64,000 nucleotides of DNA from Candidatus Omnitrophota bacterium (GTDB lineage: Bacteria; Omnitrophota; Gorgyraeia; Zapsychrales; Zapsychraceae): contig JANQMA010000044.1 in the NCBI GenBank assembly GCA_028280285.1, positions 1,521-65,520 on the forward strand, given 5' to 3'. Under the pieces are notes generated by a model. That model did no database searches. It was not told the origin of the DNA and saw nothing but the letters and a program-made list of their open reading frames with translations. A program made the position numbers and the translations under genes. Shown in pieces: positions 29,845 through 38,601 of this stretch (the stretch's first letter is position 1; each line of letters starts with the position of its first letter).

Positions 29845-30207
29845 ATGCAACATATTAAAGAACCTACGATTGTTAAGGCCTGCGGTAACAAAGAAAAAAT
29901 TATCAAGGAGTATATCGGGCGAGTCAATACTAACATGGATAATATCAGTATTGCTTTTATGGACAGTCCTGGCGGCTGGGAAGAGCCTGGCCAAACACCG
30001 AAGTTTGACGAATACACATTAGTTTTAGAGGGTTCCTTGCGTGTCACGACCAAGAATCAAGAAATAGATGTAGGCGCCGGAGAAGCGGTGATCGCCGAGG
30101 CCGGTGAGTGGGTTAAATACAGTACGCCGAACACCTCAGGGGCTCAATATGTGGCTGTATGCCTTCCGGCTTTTGGGCCGGATATAGTCCACCGTGATGA
30201 ATCTTAA
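29845..30207 (+). CDS. Cupin-domain protein
   Basis: Small beta-barrel-type sequence (TLVLEGSLRVTT...GEAVIAEAGEWVKY). Confidence 0.5.
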   Translation: MQHIKEPTIVKACGNKEKIIKEYIGRVNTNMDNISIAFMDSPGGWEEPGQTPKFDEYTLVLEGSLRVTTKNQEIDVGAGEAVIAEAGEWVKYSTPNTSGAQYVAVCLPAFGPDIVHRDES

Positions 30208-30326
30208 AAAGTAGCAATGTTTATTTTATTATTAGAGAAGCGGTGTTAATATCATATATAAAATATATTAACCAGTGAGGGCTGCTAATTTTATTTTGCT
30301 TGTGAACTTAAGAAAGTAGAGACGAA

Positions 30327-30701
30327 ATGGCCAAAAAAATACTCATAATTGATGATGAGAAAGACATCGCGGATATCACAGCTTTTAAATTTAAACAAAA
30401 AGGATTTGATGTCATCTTGGCGCATGGTGGTAAGGATGGTTTAAAGATGGCCCAGTCGGAGGGGCCGGACCTTATTCTTCTCGATGAAAAGATGCCTGAA
30501 ATGGATGGATTTCAGGTCTGCGCAGCTCTTAAGGCAGATGGTGAGCTTAAGGCCATTCCGGTCATTATGTTTACAGCGAGGACATCAGATGAAATTGATC
30601 AAGATTCATGTCAAGAAGCCGGGTTTGATGATGTTATAACCAAGCTTGCTGATTTTGAAGACCTATTGGCCAAAGTCAATACATTGCTGAACGAGACTTA
30701 G
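30327..30701 (+). CDS. Stand-alone response-regulator receiver protein
   Basis: REC motifs (ILIIDDEKD...LDEKMPEMDG...T...K). Confidence 0.8.
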   Translation: MAKKILIIDDEKDIADITAFKFKQKGFDVILAHGGKDGLKMAQSEGPDLILLDEKMPEMDGFQVCAALKADGELKAIPVIMFTARTSDEIDQDSCQEAGFDDVITKLADFEDLLAKVNTLLNET

Positions 30702-30718
30702 GTTGCTGTGCTTCCTCT

Positions 30719-31429
30719 ATGTTAAGTATAATTATTCCCACCCTTAATGAAGCAAAGTATTTAAAAAAAACTCTACGTGCTTTACAGAAGAACGCAACGC
30801 ATGAATGCGTTAAGGAAATTATTGTCGTTGATGGAGGTTCTTCCGATAAAACCGGCATTATTGCCATGGAAGGCGGAGCCCGTATTATTTATGAAACCGC
30901 AGCGCCCAAGGGCAGAGCCTTTCTCTTAAATAGAGGAGCCGAATTTGCGAGCGGCACAGCTATCCTTTTTTTGGATGCAGATTCGATCGTACCGAAGGGA
31001 TACGATGAGGATATTTTACATTGCCTTGCGTCCGACGGTAATGTTGGCGGTGCATTTGAGTTCACTTTGGTTGGTAAACAATTCGGCTTAAGAGTTGTGG
31101 AGGCGGTTAACCGTCTGCGTTACCGGTTATTTCCCTGGTATTATGGTGACCAGGGGCTTTTTGTTATTAAGGAAGTCTTTGATCAGGCTGGCGGTTTTCC
31201 CCAAGTTAAAATAATGGAGTCGTCTGATTTATCGCGCAGATTATGGAAGTACGGCAGGCTTTGTTTAATTAAAAAACCAATGTTAACATCGGCCAGGCGT
31301 TTTTTGAAATACGGGATTTATCGTGTTCTTGGGCAAGACTTTGAACTATGGCTTTTAAATATTTTAGGACGGGATGTCGAGCAGTATGCTGATGAATATT
31401 GGCGGTTTAATAAGAATAAAAAGCGATAG
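30719..31429 (+). CDS. Family-2 glycosyltransferase (TIGR04283-like)
   Basis: LSIIIPTLNE...VVDGGSSD...LDADS GT-A motifs. Confidence 0.75.
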   Translation: MLSIIIPTLNEAKYLKKTLRALQKNATHECVKEIIVVDGGSSDKTGIIAMEGGARIIYETAAPKGRAFLLNRGAEFASGTAILFLDADSIVPKGYDEDILHCLASDGNVGGAFEFTLVGKQFGLRVVEAVNRLRYRLFPWYYGDQGLFVIKEVFDQAGGFPQVKIMESSDLSRRLWKYGRLCLIKKPMLTSARRFLKYGIYRVLGQDFELWLLNILGRDVEQYADEYWRFNKNKKR

Positions 31430-31470
31430 ACGTTAATTTTTGATGTTTTATTCCCTATTTAATTATTTGT

Positions 31471-31499
31471 TTGACAAAGGGATAAAAATCATTCATACT
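31471..31499 (+). promoter_or_regulatory. Putative sigma70-type promoter of cold-shock gene (TTGACA-N17-CATACT), giving about 150-nt 5'UTR
   Basis: Perfect -35 hexamer and a 4/6 -10 hexamer. The long leader contains a hairpin (CCGCAGGGTAA...TTACCTGCGG) followed by a T-run. Confidence 0.4.
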
Positions 31500-31652
31500 C
31501 TCCTTGAATAAAGGGAGAGCTAAGGCCTCACGGCCGATGTTCTCTTTGAGTGAAGAAGGAAAGGTAAGACTAGTGCCGCAGGGTAAGAGGGTTATTTACC
31601 TGCGGTTTTTTATTTTTCCTTATGTTTGTAAAGCTTCAAAAGGAGACCAATA

Positions 31653-31853
31653 ATGGCAAAAGGTACAGTAAAATGGTTCAGTAATGAAAAAGGCTATGGC
31701 TTTATCACACCAGAATCTGGAGCGGATGTATTTGTACACCATTCAGAAATTCAAGGTGAAGGCTACAAAACTCTTGAAGAGGGTCAGGCTGTTGAGTTTG
31801 AAATTGCTGACGGAGAAAAGGGTCCACAGGCTAAGGACGTTGTAAAAGTATAA
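31653..31853 (+). CDS. csp: Cold-shock protein (CspA family)
   Basis: [16 protein letters not shown]...DVFVHHS matches the RNP1 and RNP2 motifs. Confidence 0.95.
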   Translation: MAKGTVKWFSNEKGYGFITPESGADVFVHHSEIQGEGYKTLEEGQAVEFEIADGEKGPQAKDVVKV

Positions 31854-31865
31854 GCCTATATAAAT

Positions 31866-31910
31866 AAAAGGGTTATGTTCGAATGAAAGAATATAACCTT
31901 TTTATTTACA
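31866..31910 (+). terminator. Rho-independent terminator after csp
   Basis: AAAGGGTTATGTTC...GAATATAACCTTT stem followed by TTTATTT. Confidence 0.7.
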
Positions 31911-31918
31911 CAAAATAC

Positions 31919-31948
31919 TTGACATATCAAATATTGATATGTTAAACT
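31919..31948 (+). promoter_or_regulatory. marR promoter (TTGACA-N18-TAAACT) with perfect palindromic operator ATATCAA-ATA-TTGATAT in the spacer
   Basis: The palindrome at 31924-31940 lies between the -35 and -10 elements. This is the typical MarR autoregulation layout. Confidence 0.55.
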
Positions 31949-31990
31949 TATGGTGGATGAAAAAAGGTCTGCCAAAAAGGAGAGACAACC

Positions 31991-32488
31991 ATGATTGCCC
32001 CAACAAACTTTTACTTGAATGCCGTTAAAGGAAGGCCAAGTGCCGAGGTCTTTAACGCCATGCTTCATATTTATTCGCTCCTCCAAATGGAGATGGATAA
32101 ATACTTTGGTCCGTATGATCTGACACCGGTTAAATTCAACACACTCCTTCTCATTAAATATCTAGGGGGAAAAGAGGGTTTGAGTCAGAACGAGATTTCG
32201 CATCATATGATTGTGACACCGTCAAACATCACACGTTTGATTGATCGTCTGATTGCCGATGGCTATGCTGAACGCACTGTATCTATACATGACAGAAGAG
32301 TCAAGATGATTAAGATTACAAAGCCTGGATCACAAATTGTGGATAAAGTATTGCGTGGCTATGGGGATATGATCCAGCAGTCTGTTTATTTATTGGAACG
32401 CTCTGAGGTGGAGCAATTATCAGCGCTTCTGCTGAAATGGTTTCACCGCTTGGATGCGCAAAAAAGGGGAATGAAAAGTGGAGTCTAA
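31991..32488 (+). CDS. MarR-family transcriptional regulator
   Basis: Winged-HTH MarR signature (LSQNEISHHMIVTPSNITRLIDRLIADGYAER...DRRV). Confidence 0.85.
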   Translation: MIAPTNFYLNAVKGRPSAEVFNAMLHIYSLLQMEMDKYFGPYDLTPVKFNTLLLIKYLGGKEGLSQNEISHHMIVTPSNITRLIDRLIADGYAERTVSIHDRRVKMIKITKPGSQIVDKVLRGYGDMIQQSVYLLERSEVEQLSALLLKWFHRLDAQKRGMKSGV

Positions 32489-33269
32489 TATTATTGCGAT
32501 GGTTTTAATAAGTGCAGCGACCGTCATTAGTCTTTTTTTCATTATCTGGATTATACATCTTGTTCTTAATAATGCCGGCGTGGTTGATGTTGGTTGGGGC
32601 CTTGGTTTTACACTCATTGCTCTGATTTATATTTTGCGCGGAGAAGGTTTTAATGCGCGCAACATGCTTATGTTTATCATGGTAGCCCTTTGGGGTACAC
32701 GTATCGTGTTTTTTCTGATTAAACGCATTGTCTTCGAAGGTTACGAGGACAAGCGCTATGCACACTTACGTAATAAATGGGGGAGTAACGCGGCGTTTAA
32801 ATTTTTATGGTTTTTTGAAGCGCAGGCACTTATGCAGATACTTATTTCTATTCCGATATTACTGATCAGTCTAAATCCTAATCCAGCCGTCACGTGGATT
32901 GAGATTTTAGGTTTTGTGATTTGGATGGGCGCTTTATATGGAGAGGCTTTGACCGACGAGCAATTACAAAAGTTTAAAATGAATCCGGCGAATAAAGGAA
33001 AGGTATGTGAAGCAGGTTTGTGGAAATATTCACGTCATCCGAATTATTTTTTCGAAGTCTTGTGCTGGTTCGGATTATTTGTTTTCGGTCTATCCAGTCC
33101 TTATGGATGGTTGGGGGTTATTGCACCGGGGATTATGCTTTATCTTGTGCTATTTGTCACGGGTATTCCTTTAACAGAAGAATTGTCGCTTAAACATCGC
33201 GGCAAAGATTATGAAGAGTATCAGAAAAAAACAAGTTCATTTATTCCATTACCAAGGAGAACGATATGA
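32478..33269 (+). CDS. DUF1295 / isoprenylcysteine-carboxyl-methyltransferase-like membrane protein (steroid 5-alpha-reductase fold)
   Basis: Multi-TM protein with C-terminal YSRHPNYFFE motif. Overlaps marR by 11 nt. Confidence 0.7.
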   Translation: MESNIIAMVLISAATVISLFFIIWIIHLVLNNAGVVDVGWGLGFTLIALIYILRGEGFNARNMLMFIMVALWGTRIVFFLIKRIVFEGYEDKRYAHLRNKWGSNAAFKFLWFFEAQALMQILISIPILLISLNPNPAVTWIEILGFVIWMGALYGEALTDEQLQKFKMNPANKGKVCEAGLWKYSRHPNYFFEVLCWFGLFVFGLSSPYGWLGVIAPGIMLYLVLFVTGIPLTEELSLKHRGKDYEEYQKKTSSFIPLPRRTI

Positions 33270-34306
33270 AATCATTAGCCGCCACAACCCAACCTTTAAT
33301 AGAGAAGGGACTCATTCCCGATCCGCTTGTACGGTTCGGTATTAGAGGACTTCTTAAAGAGAAACTTAAAAAAGAACAACAGTGCCTGGAAGAATCGGGT
33401 AATCAGAGAATACAGCAAATGGTTGATTTTTTAAAGAAGAGTCCGATTGCTGTCAATACACAGGAAGCCAATGAGCAGCATTATGAGGTGCCTACGGAGT
33501 TTTTCCAACTTGTTATGGGTCAACACATGAAATACAGCTGTGGCTATTGGCATGACGGGGTCAAAGACTTTACCCAGTCTGAGCGTGACATGCTTGATAT
33601 CACCATTGAACGGGCCAGTCTTAAGGATGGGCAAGATGTCCTGGAGCTTGGGTGCGGTTGGGGCTCGCTTTCTCTGTATATGGCTGCGCGGTTTCCGGAC
33701 AGTCAGTTTACCGGCATATCCAATTCGCGTACACAAAAGGAGTTTATTGACGGTGAGGCGAAAAAGCGCGGTATTAAAAATCTTCAAATCCGCACCATGG
33801 ATATGAATGATTTTAAGATTGATCAGAAGTTTGATCGTGTTGTCTCGGTGGAGATGTTTGAGCATATGCGCAATTATCAAGAATTGTTTAAACGAATAAG
33901 CGGATGCCTTAAAGAGGGAGGGAAATTATTCGTGCATATTTTTAGTCATAAAAAGTATGCGTATACCTATGAACTCAATGAAGGGTTTGATTGGATGGCA
34001 AGGTACTTTTTTACCGGTGGTATTATGCCGTCGGATGATCTGCTGCTTCATTTTGCCGATCATTTTAATTTAGAAGAGCATTGGCAGGTCAACGGTAAGC
34101 ATTATGAAAAGACATCCAACGGCTGGCTTAAGAATATGGACGCTAATAAAGAAAGAATTATGACTATCTTTAAAGACACTTATGGTTTGGACTATAAAAA
34201 ATGGTGGAATTATTGGCGTATTTTCTTTATGGCCTGCGCTGAACTGTGGGGCTACAAAGACGGCACGGAATGGATTGTTTCACATTATCGGTTTGTTAAG
34301 AAATAG
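33266..34306 (+). CDS. Cyclopropane-fatty-acyl-phospholipid synthase-family SAM methyltransferase (copy 1)
   Basis: LELGCGWGSL SAM motif and a CFA/mycolic-acid cyclopropane synthase-like C-terminus. Confidence 0.85.
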   Translation: MKSLAATTQPLIEKGLIPDPLVRFGIRGLLKEKLKKEQQCLEESGNQRIQQMVDFLKKSPIAVNTQEANEQHYEVPTEFFQLVMGQHMKYSCGYWHDGVKDFTQSERDMLDITIERASLKDGQDVLELGCGWGSLSLYMAARFPDSQFTGISNSRTQKEFIDGEAKKRGIKNLQIRTMDMNDFKIDQKFDRVVSVEMFEHMRNYQELFKRISGCLKEGGKLFVHIFSHKKYAYTYELNEGFDWMARYFFTGGIMPSDDLLLHFADHFNLEEHWQVNGKHYEKTSNGWLKNMDANKERIMTIFKDTYGLDYKKWWNYWRIFFMACAELWGYKDGTEWIVSHYRFVKK

Positions 34307-34311
34307 ATAAA

Positions 34312-34375
34312 AGGTTTTGGGTGTTAGGTGTTGGGTTTTAGATTCTAAAACCTTACACCTTAAACCTAACACCCC
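34312..34375. repeat. G/T-rich vs A/C-rich imperfect hairpin (TTAGG-like units) inside the putative operon
   Basis: GGGTGTTAGGTGTTGGGTTTTAG-att-CTAAAACCTTACACCTTAAACCTAACACCC. The core has a perfect 8-bp stem. Confidence 0.65.
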
Positions 34376-34388
34376 AGGAATTAAAAAT

Positions 34389-35651
34389 ATGGACAGAATC
34401 GCCATAATAGGTACAGGTATTTCGGGCATGGCCGCCGGTTATTTTTTAAAAGATGATTATGACATTACATTCTTTGAGAAAAATGATTACGCCGGTGGGC
34501 ACACCAATACACTCATGGTTGATGAGGACGGCCAGAAGATTCCGATCGATTCTGCCTTTATGGTGTATAACGAAGTGACTTATCCAAAGCTCACGCGGTT
34601 GTTCAGAGAGTTGATGGTTGATACGCGTGACACAGATATGTCATTTAGTGTTCAGCATATGCCGAGTGGACTTGAATACTGTGGCACAGGGTTCAATGGG
34701 TTGTTTGCCCAGCGTCGCAATATTCTAAATCCCCTCCATTATAAAATGCTTTTGGATATCAATCGTTTCAATAAAGAAAGCCTCGAAGTGCTTGAGGAGG
34801 GACGGTTTTGTTATTATTCACTCGGTCAGTATGCGAAAGAAAAAAAATATGGCGAAGATATGCTGTATAAATATTTGATTCCGATGAGCTCGGCTGTCTG
34901 GTCGACACGGCCTGAAGGGATGCTTGATTTTCCCATAGTCACTTTGGTGCGCTTTTTTAAAAATCATGGCTTTTTAGGAATGAATACGCAGCATCAATGG
35001 CGCACGGTTGTCGGTGGCAGCCAAAGCTATCGCGATAAAATTCTCGGCCATTTTGGCAATAAAGTTTATCTGAACACGAATATTGTTGCAGCTAGAAGAG
35101 AAAAAGAAGGGGTTAAACTAAAGGATGCTAAAGATAGTATTTATGATTTTGATAAAGTAATTTTAGCCTCTCATGCTGACCAGACGCTTAAAATATTAGT
35201 TGACGCTCGAGAAGAAGAGCGGGAAGTGTTGTCCTTGTTTCCCTATGGGGCTAACAGGGCAACACTTCACACGGATGATTCGGTTATGCCCAAATGCAAA
35301 CGGGCCTGGTCATCGTGGAATTACCGGATGATTGAAAAAGATAATCAGGTGAAAACCTCAACCATTTACTATATGAATAAATTACAAAAGGTTTCTGAAA
35401 GACAAGACTACTTTATTTCGATTAATGAGTTGGGCGAAATCGATCCCGCTAAAATTATTTGGGAAAAAACCTATTATCATCCACTTTACACCATGGATTC
35501 ACTCGATGGACAAAAGCGCTTGGAAGCGCTTAATGATAACGGACAGGTATATTTTGCCGGGGCGTATTTTAAATACGGCTTTCACGAAGATGGTTTAGCC
35601 TCCGGCATTAATGTGGCATCAAAAATTTTAGGTCGGGAGATATGGCGATGA
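34389..35651 (+). CDS. FAD/NAD-binding amine-oxidase-like oxidoreductase (COG2907; UfaD-like fatty-acid desaturase candidate)
   Basis: Rossmann GxGxxG (IAIIGTGISGMAAG). ATG start at 34389 preferred over the TTG at 34317. Confidence 0.75.
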   Translation: MDRIAIIGTGISGMAAGYFLKDDYDITFFEKNDYAGGHTNTLMVDEDGQKIPIDSAFMVYNEVTYPKLTRLFRELMVDTRDTDMSFSVQHMPSGLEYCGTGFNGLFAQRRNILNPLHYKMLLDINRFNKESLEVLEEGRFCYYSLGQYAKEKKYGEDMLYKYLIPMSSAVWSTRPEGMLDFPIVTLVRFFKNHGFLGMNTQHQWRTVVGGSQSYRDKILGHFGNKVYLNTNIVAARREKEGVKLKDAKDSIYDFDKVILASHADQTLKILVDAREEEREVLSLFPYGANRATLHTDDSVMPKCKRAWSSWNYRMIEKDNQVKTSTIYYMNKLQKVSERQDYFISINELGEIDPAKIIWEKTYYHPLYTMDSLDGQKRLEALNDNGQVYFAGAYFKYGFHEDGLASGINVASKILGREIWR

Positions 35652-36430
35652 ATTCCTGTATTTATGAAGGAAAAGTTATGCATTCTCGGGTTAAGCCCAA
35701 ATATTATAAATTCATCCATGATGTCTTTATGTTTTATCTTGATCTAGATGAGATTGATGCCATTACGCAACGTAATTGGTTTATTTCTCGTAATAAACCT
35801 AATGTATTCAGCTTTTATGACAAAGACCATATGGATTTTGGGAATAAAAATATTAAAGAAAATGTTATTGCTTATGCGAGGAAAAAAGGGTTTAATGGGC
35901 CTATTAAACGGGTGATGCTTTTGACTAACCTTAGGGTTTTTGGGTATGTCTTTAATCCTGTTTCTTTTTATTATTGTTTCGATGAAAACGATAATCCCCT
36001 TTGTTCGATCGCCGAAGTAGGCAATACTTTTGGTGAAATCAAAAACTTCTTTTTAGGACCAGAAACTCTTCATAAAAATCAATTTCTCAGCGAGAAGAAA
36101 AAATATTTTTATGTTTCGCCTTTTGTTGACCTTGATGTGCCGATGGACTTTTGCCTTAAAGTTCCAGGGGAGAAGATAAATATCAAAATTGATGATTTAA
36201 AGAAAAATAAAAAATTTCTCTATACGACATTAACGGGCGAAAGAAGAAAGCTGACAACGTTTGGCGCGTTTAAGTTTGGCGCAATATATCCATTTATAAC
36301 ACTTAAAGTCATCGGCCTGATTCATTATCATGCCGCTGTTCTGCATTTTATTAAAAAAATACCACATCATAAAAAGGCAGCTAATCCGCATTTTCAAAGG
36401 GAGGTGCAAAGTGAATATATTACGAAATAA
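35642..36430 (+). CDS. DUF1365-family protein (UfaO-like candidate)
   Basis: N-terminus CIYEGKVMHSRVKPKYYKF is typical of DUF1365. Confidence 0.75.
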   Translation: MAMNSCIYEGKVMHSRVKPKYYKFIHDVFMFYLDLDEIDAITQRNWFISRNKPNVFSFYDKDHMDFGNKNIKENVIAYARKKGFNGPIKRVMLLTNLRVFGYVFNPVSFYYCFDENDNPLCSIAEVGNTFGEIKNFFLGPETLHKNQFLSEKKKYFYVSPFVDLDVPMDFCLKVPGEKINIKIDDLKKNKKFLYTTLTGERRKLTTFGAFKFGAIYPFITLKVIGLIHYHAAVLHFIKKIPHHKKAANPHFQREVQSEYITK

Positions 36431-37709
36431 TATCCATAAATTGTACCGGGTGATCATGGATCAAGTCTTTACCCATATGAAACTCGGGCGATTGACCGTA
36501 TCTATGCCGGATGGAACCAAGCGGCATTATGGCAACGGTGAAGGTCCGGCCAAGGCGCATATTAATATTCGTCGCGGGGACTTTTTCCGTAAATGTGTTC
36601 ATTACGGAGCGGTTGGATTTGGCGAAAGTTATGTCGACGGTGATTGGGATACGCCGGATTTGACCAAAGTGATCGCATGGATGATTTTAAACCATGAAAA
36701 TCTGCCGGCGGAACGCGGACGAAATAAAAAGTTTACCGTCATTGATGCGTTAAGCTTTCTTAATGTCATTCGCTCGAAATTCCGGCTTAATACCCTCAAT
36801 GGAAGCCGTAAGAATATTTCAGATCATTATGATTTAGGGAATGACTTTTTTAAGCTGTTCCTTGATGAAACGATGACCTATTCCTCGGCGATTTTTACTA
36901 AACCTAATCAGAGCTTGAAGGATGCTCAAGTCGAGAAATACGACCGGCTGTGCCGTCAATTAAAGCTTAGTCATCAAGACCATGTCCTTGAGATCGGAAG
37001 CGGGTGGGGTGGATTTTCGTGCTATGCGGCTAAAAAGTATGGATGCCGGATAACCACAACCACTATCTCGCAAGAGCAATATAAACACGTCAAAAATAAG
37101 ATCAAAAAAGAAGGCTTAGAAAATCAAATTAAGATCAAATTATCCGATTATAGAAGGCTCGCCGGCACCTATGACAAAATTGTCTCAATTGAAATGATCG
37201 AGGCGGTTGGGCATGAGTTTCTTCCGACTTATATCAAAAAGTGCCAGGAGCTTCTCAAGCCAAACGGCCTTTTAGGACTTCAAATGATTTTGTTTCCCGA
37301 TCAGCGTTATGATATTGCCCGCAAAAATGTCGACTGGATTCAGAAACATATTTTTCCCGGAAGTCTTTTGCCGTCAATGAATGCTATTCAAAAGGTGATG
37401 AGGCAGTTAGGAACCATGAATCTACTGGATTACAAGGATATCACGTCCCATTATGCCAAAACGCTTAAGATATGGCGTGAGGCATTTAATCAAAATAAAC
37501 AAAAGATTAAGTCGATGAAACAAACGGAGGAGTTCATTCGTAAATGGAATTATTATTGGTCTTATTGTGAAGCGGCTTTCCGTATGCGCCACATCAATGT
37601 CGCGCAAGCGGTCTTTACAAGGTCCAATAACCACATGCTTCACGATGATCTTGAAGTTGAGCTTAATGGAAAAGATAAGCAATTTATTGAGGAGCTAAGT
37701 TATGTATAA
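36409..37709 (+). CDS. Cyclopropane-fatty-acyl-phospholipid synthase-family SAM methyltransferase (copy 2)
   Basis: [13 protein letters not shown]-domain and [13 protein letters not shown] motif. GTG start at 36409 preceded by the strong SD AAGGGAGGTG. Confidence 0.8.
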
Positions 37710-38208
37710 AAAAACCTTAATGATCGGTCTTTTCATTGTTATCACTGTTTTTAGTTTTACACACAAGGTGGATGCCATGACAAAAACACAGAAATTTTTT
37801 GATGATCTTAGTGTTGATACCATGCATTTAGTCGATGAATATTATACCGAGGATATTCAGTTTCTCGATCCGATGGTCGAAATTACCGGTCGGGATAATT
37901 TAAAAGATTATTACGCCGGTGTTTATGCCGCTGCTGATGAGGTCTCGTTTGAGTATTTAAGTGAAATACAATATCAGCAGGAATTAGTTCTTGTCTGGCG
38001 CATGACGTTCAATAATAAAAAGCTTAATAAGGGAAAAGATATTATTGTTGACGGGACTTCCCATATTAAATTGAATGACCAGGGACAAGCCTACTATCAC
38101 CGGGATTATTTTGATATGGGGGCCATGATTTATAAGTATGTCCCGGTTATGAAGCATATGGTCAAATACGTCAATAGACGCCTCGCCCAAAGTCACGCGA
38201 ATCATTAG
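37702..38208 (+). CDS. Secreted NTF2/SnoaL-like fold protein
   Basis: Signal peptide plus about 140-aa domain with SnoaL-like composition. Confidence 0.45.
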   Translation: MYKKTLMIGLFIVITVFSFTHKVDAMTKTQKFFDDLSVDTMHLVDEYYTEDIQFLDPMVEITGRDNLKDYYAGVYAAADEVSFEYLSEIQYQQELVLVWRMTFNNKKLNKGKDIIVDGTSHIKLNDQGQAYYHRDYFDMGAMIYKYVPVMKHMVKYVNRRLAQSHANH

Positions 38209-38255
38209 ATTAACGATTTTTTCCACCAGTGGTATGTCGGCTCGAGTTAGCCGTT

Positions 38256-38328
38256 TGCATTGGAATGCTGAGTGACTGAAATCGTCTTCCAAACAGTAAA
38301 CGATTTCCGGAACGAAGCAACCAATGCA
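38256..38328. ncRNA. Candidate structured RNA/DNA element A (nested hairpins, CATTGG/CCAATG outer stem)
   Basis: Outer stem TGCATTGG/CCAATGCA encloses a perfect inner stem GAAATCGT/ACGATTTC. Confidence 0.35.
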
Positions 38329-38349
38329 GAAGCCTAACGAGAGCTTTGT

Positions 38350-38461
38350 CATTGGCAGGTAGTATTCTTCGCTCAAACAGTCCTCGCTCTATATCTTTTT
38401 CTGAGCTTTTAAAAGAAAGATATATGCTGCGGAACTCGCTCGGGAACACTACCTGCCAATG
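38350..38461. ncRNA. Candidate structured RNA/DNA element B (112-nt hairpin with perfect 14-bp outer stem)
   Basis: Outer stem CATTGGCAGGTAGT...ACTACCTGCCAATG. Inner stem ATATCTTT/AAAGATAT around the 10-bp palindrome CTTTTAAAAG. Confidence 0.4.
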
Positions 38462-38601
38462 TACACGCTCAATCCCAAGCAACCGCTTCCAAATATGTTG
38501 CACATTTGTAACATCCATGTCGCAAAAATGTAACATTCACTAGGTATATTAAAATCAGATAGGAAGGTGTTTAAAGTGCGTCTATAGAGGAGGAGCAACC
38601 T

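Noticed and set aside
34317-34388. TTG-initiated N-terminal extension of the amine-oxidase-like gene
   Set aside because: The extension is encoded by the palindromic repeat itself (MGVRCWVLDSKTLHLKPNTPGIKN). The ATG at 34389 sits right before the GxGxxG motif.
36330-36408. Upstream extension of second CFA-synthase-like gene (track start 36330)
   Set aside because: It overlaps the DUF1365 gene by 100 nt. GTG at 36409 has a near-consensus SD (AAGGGAGGTG) and reproduces the canonical Cfa N-terminus.
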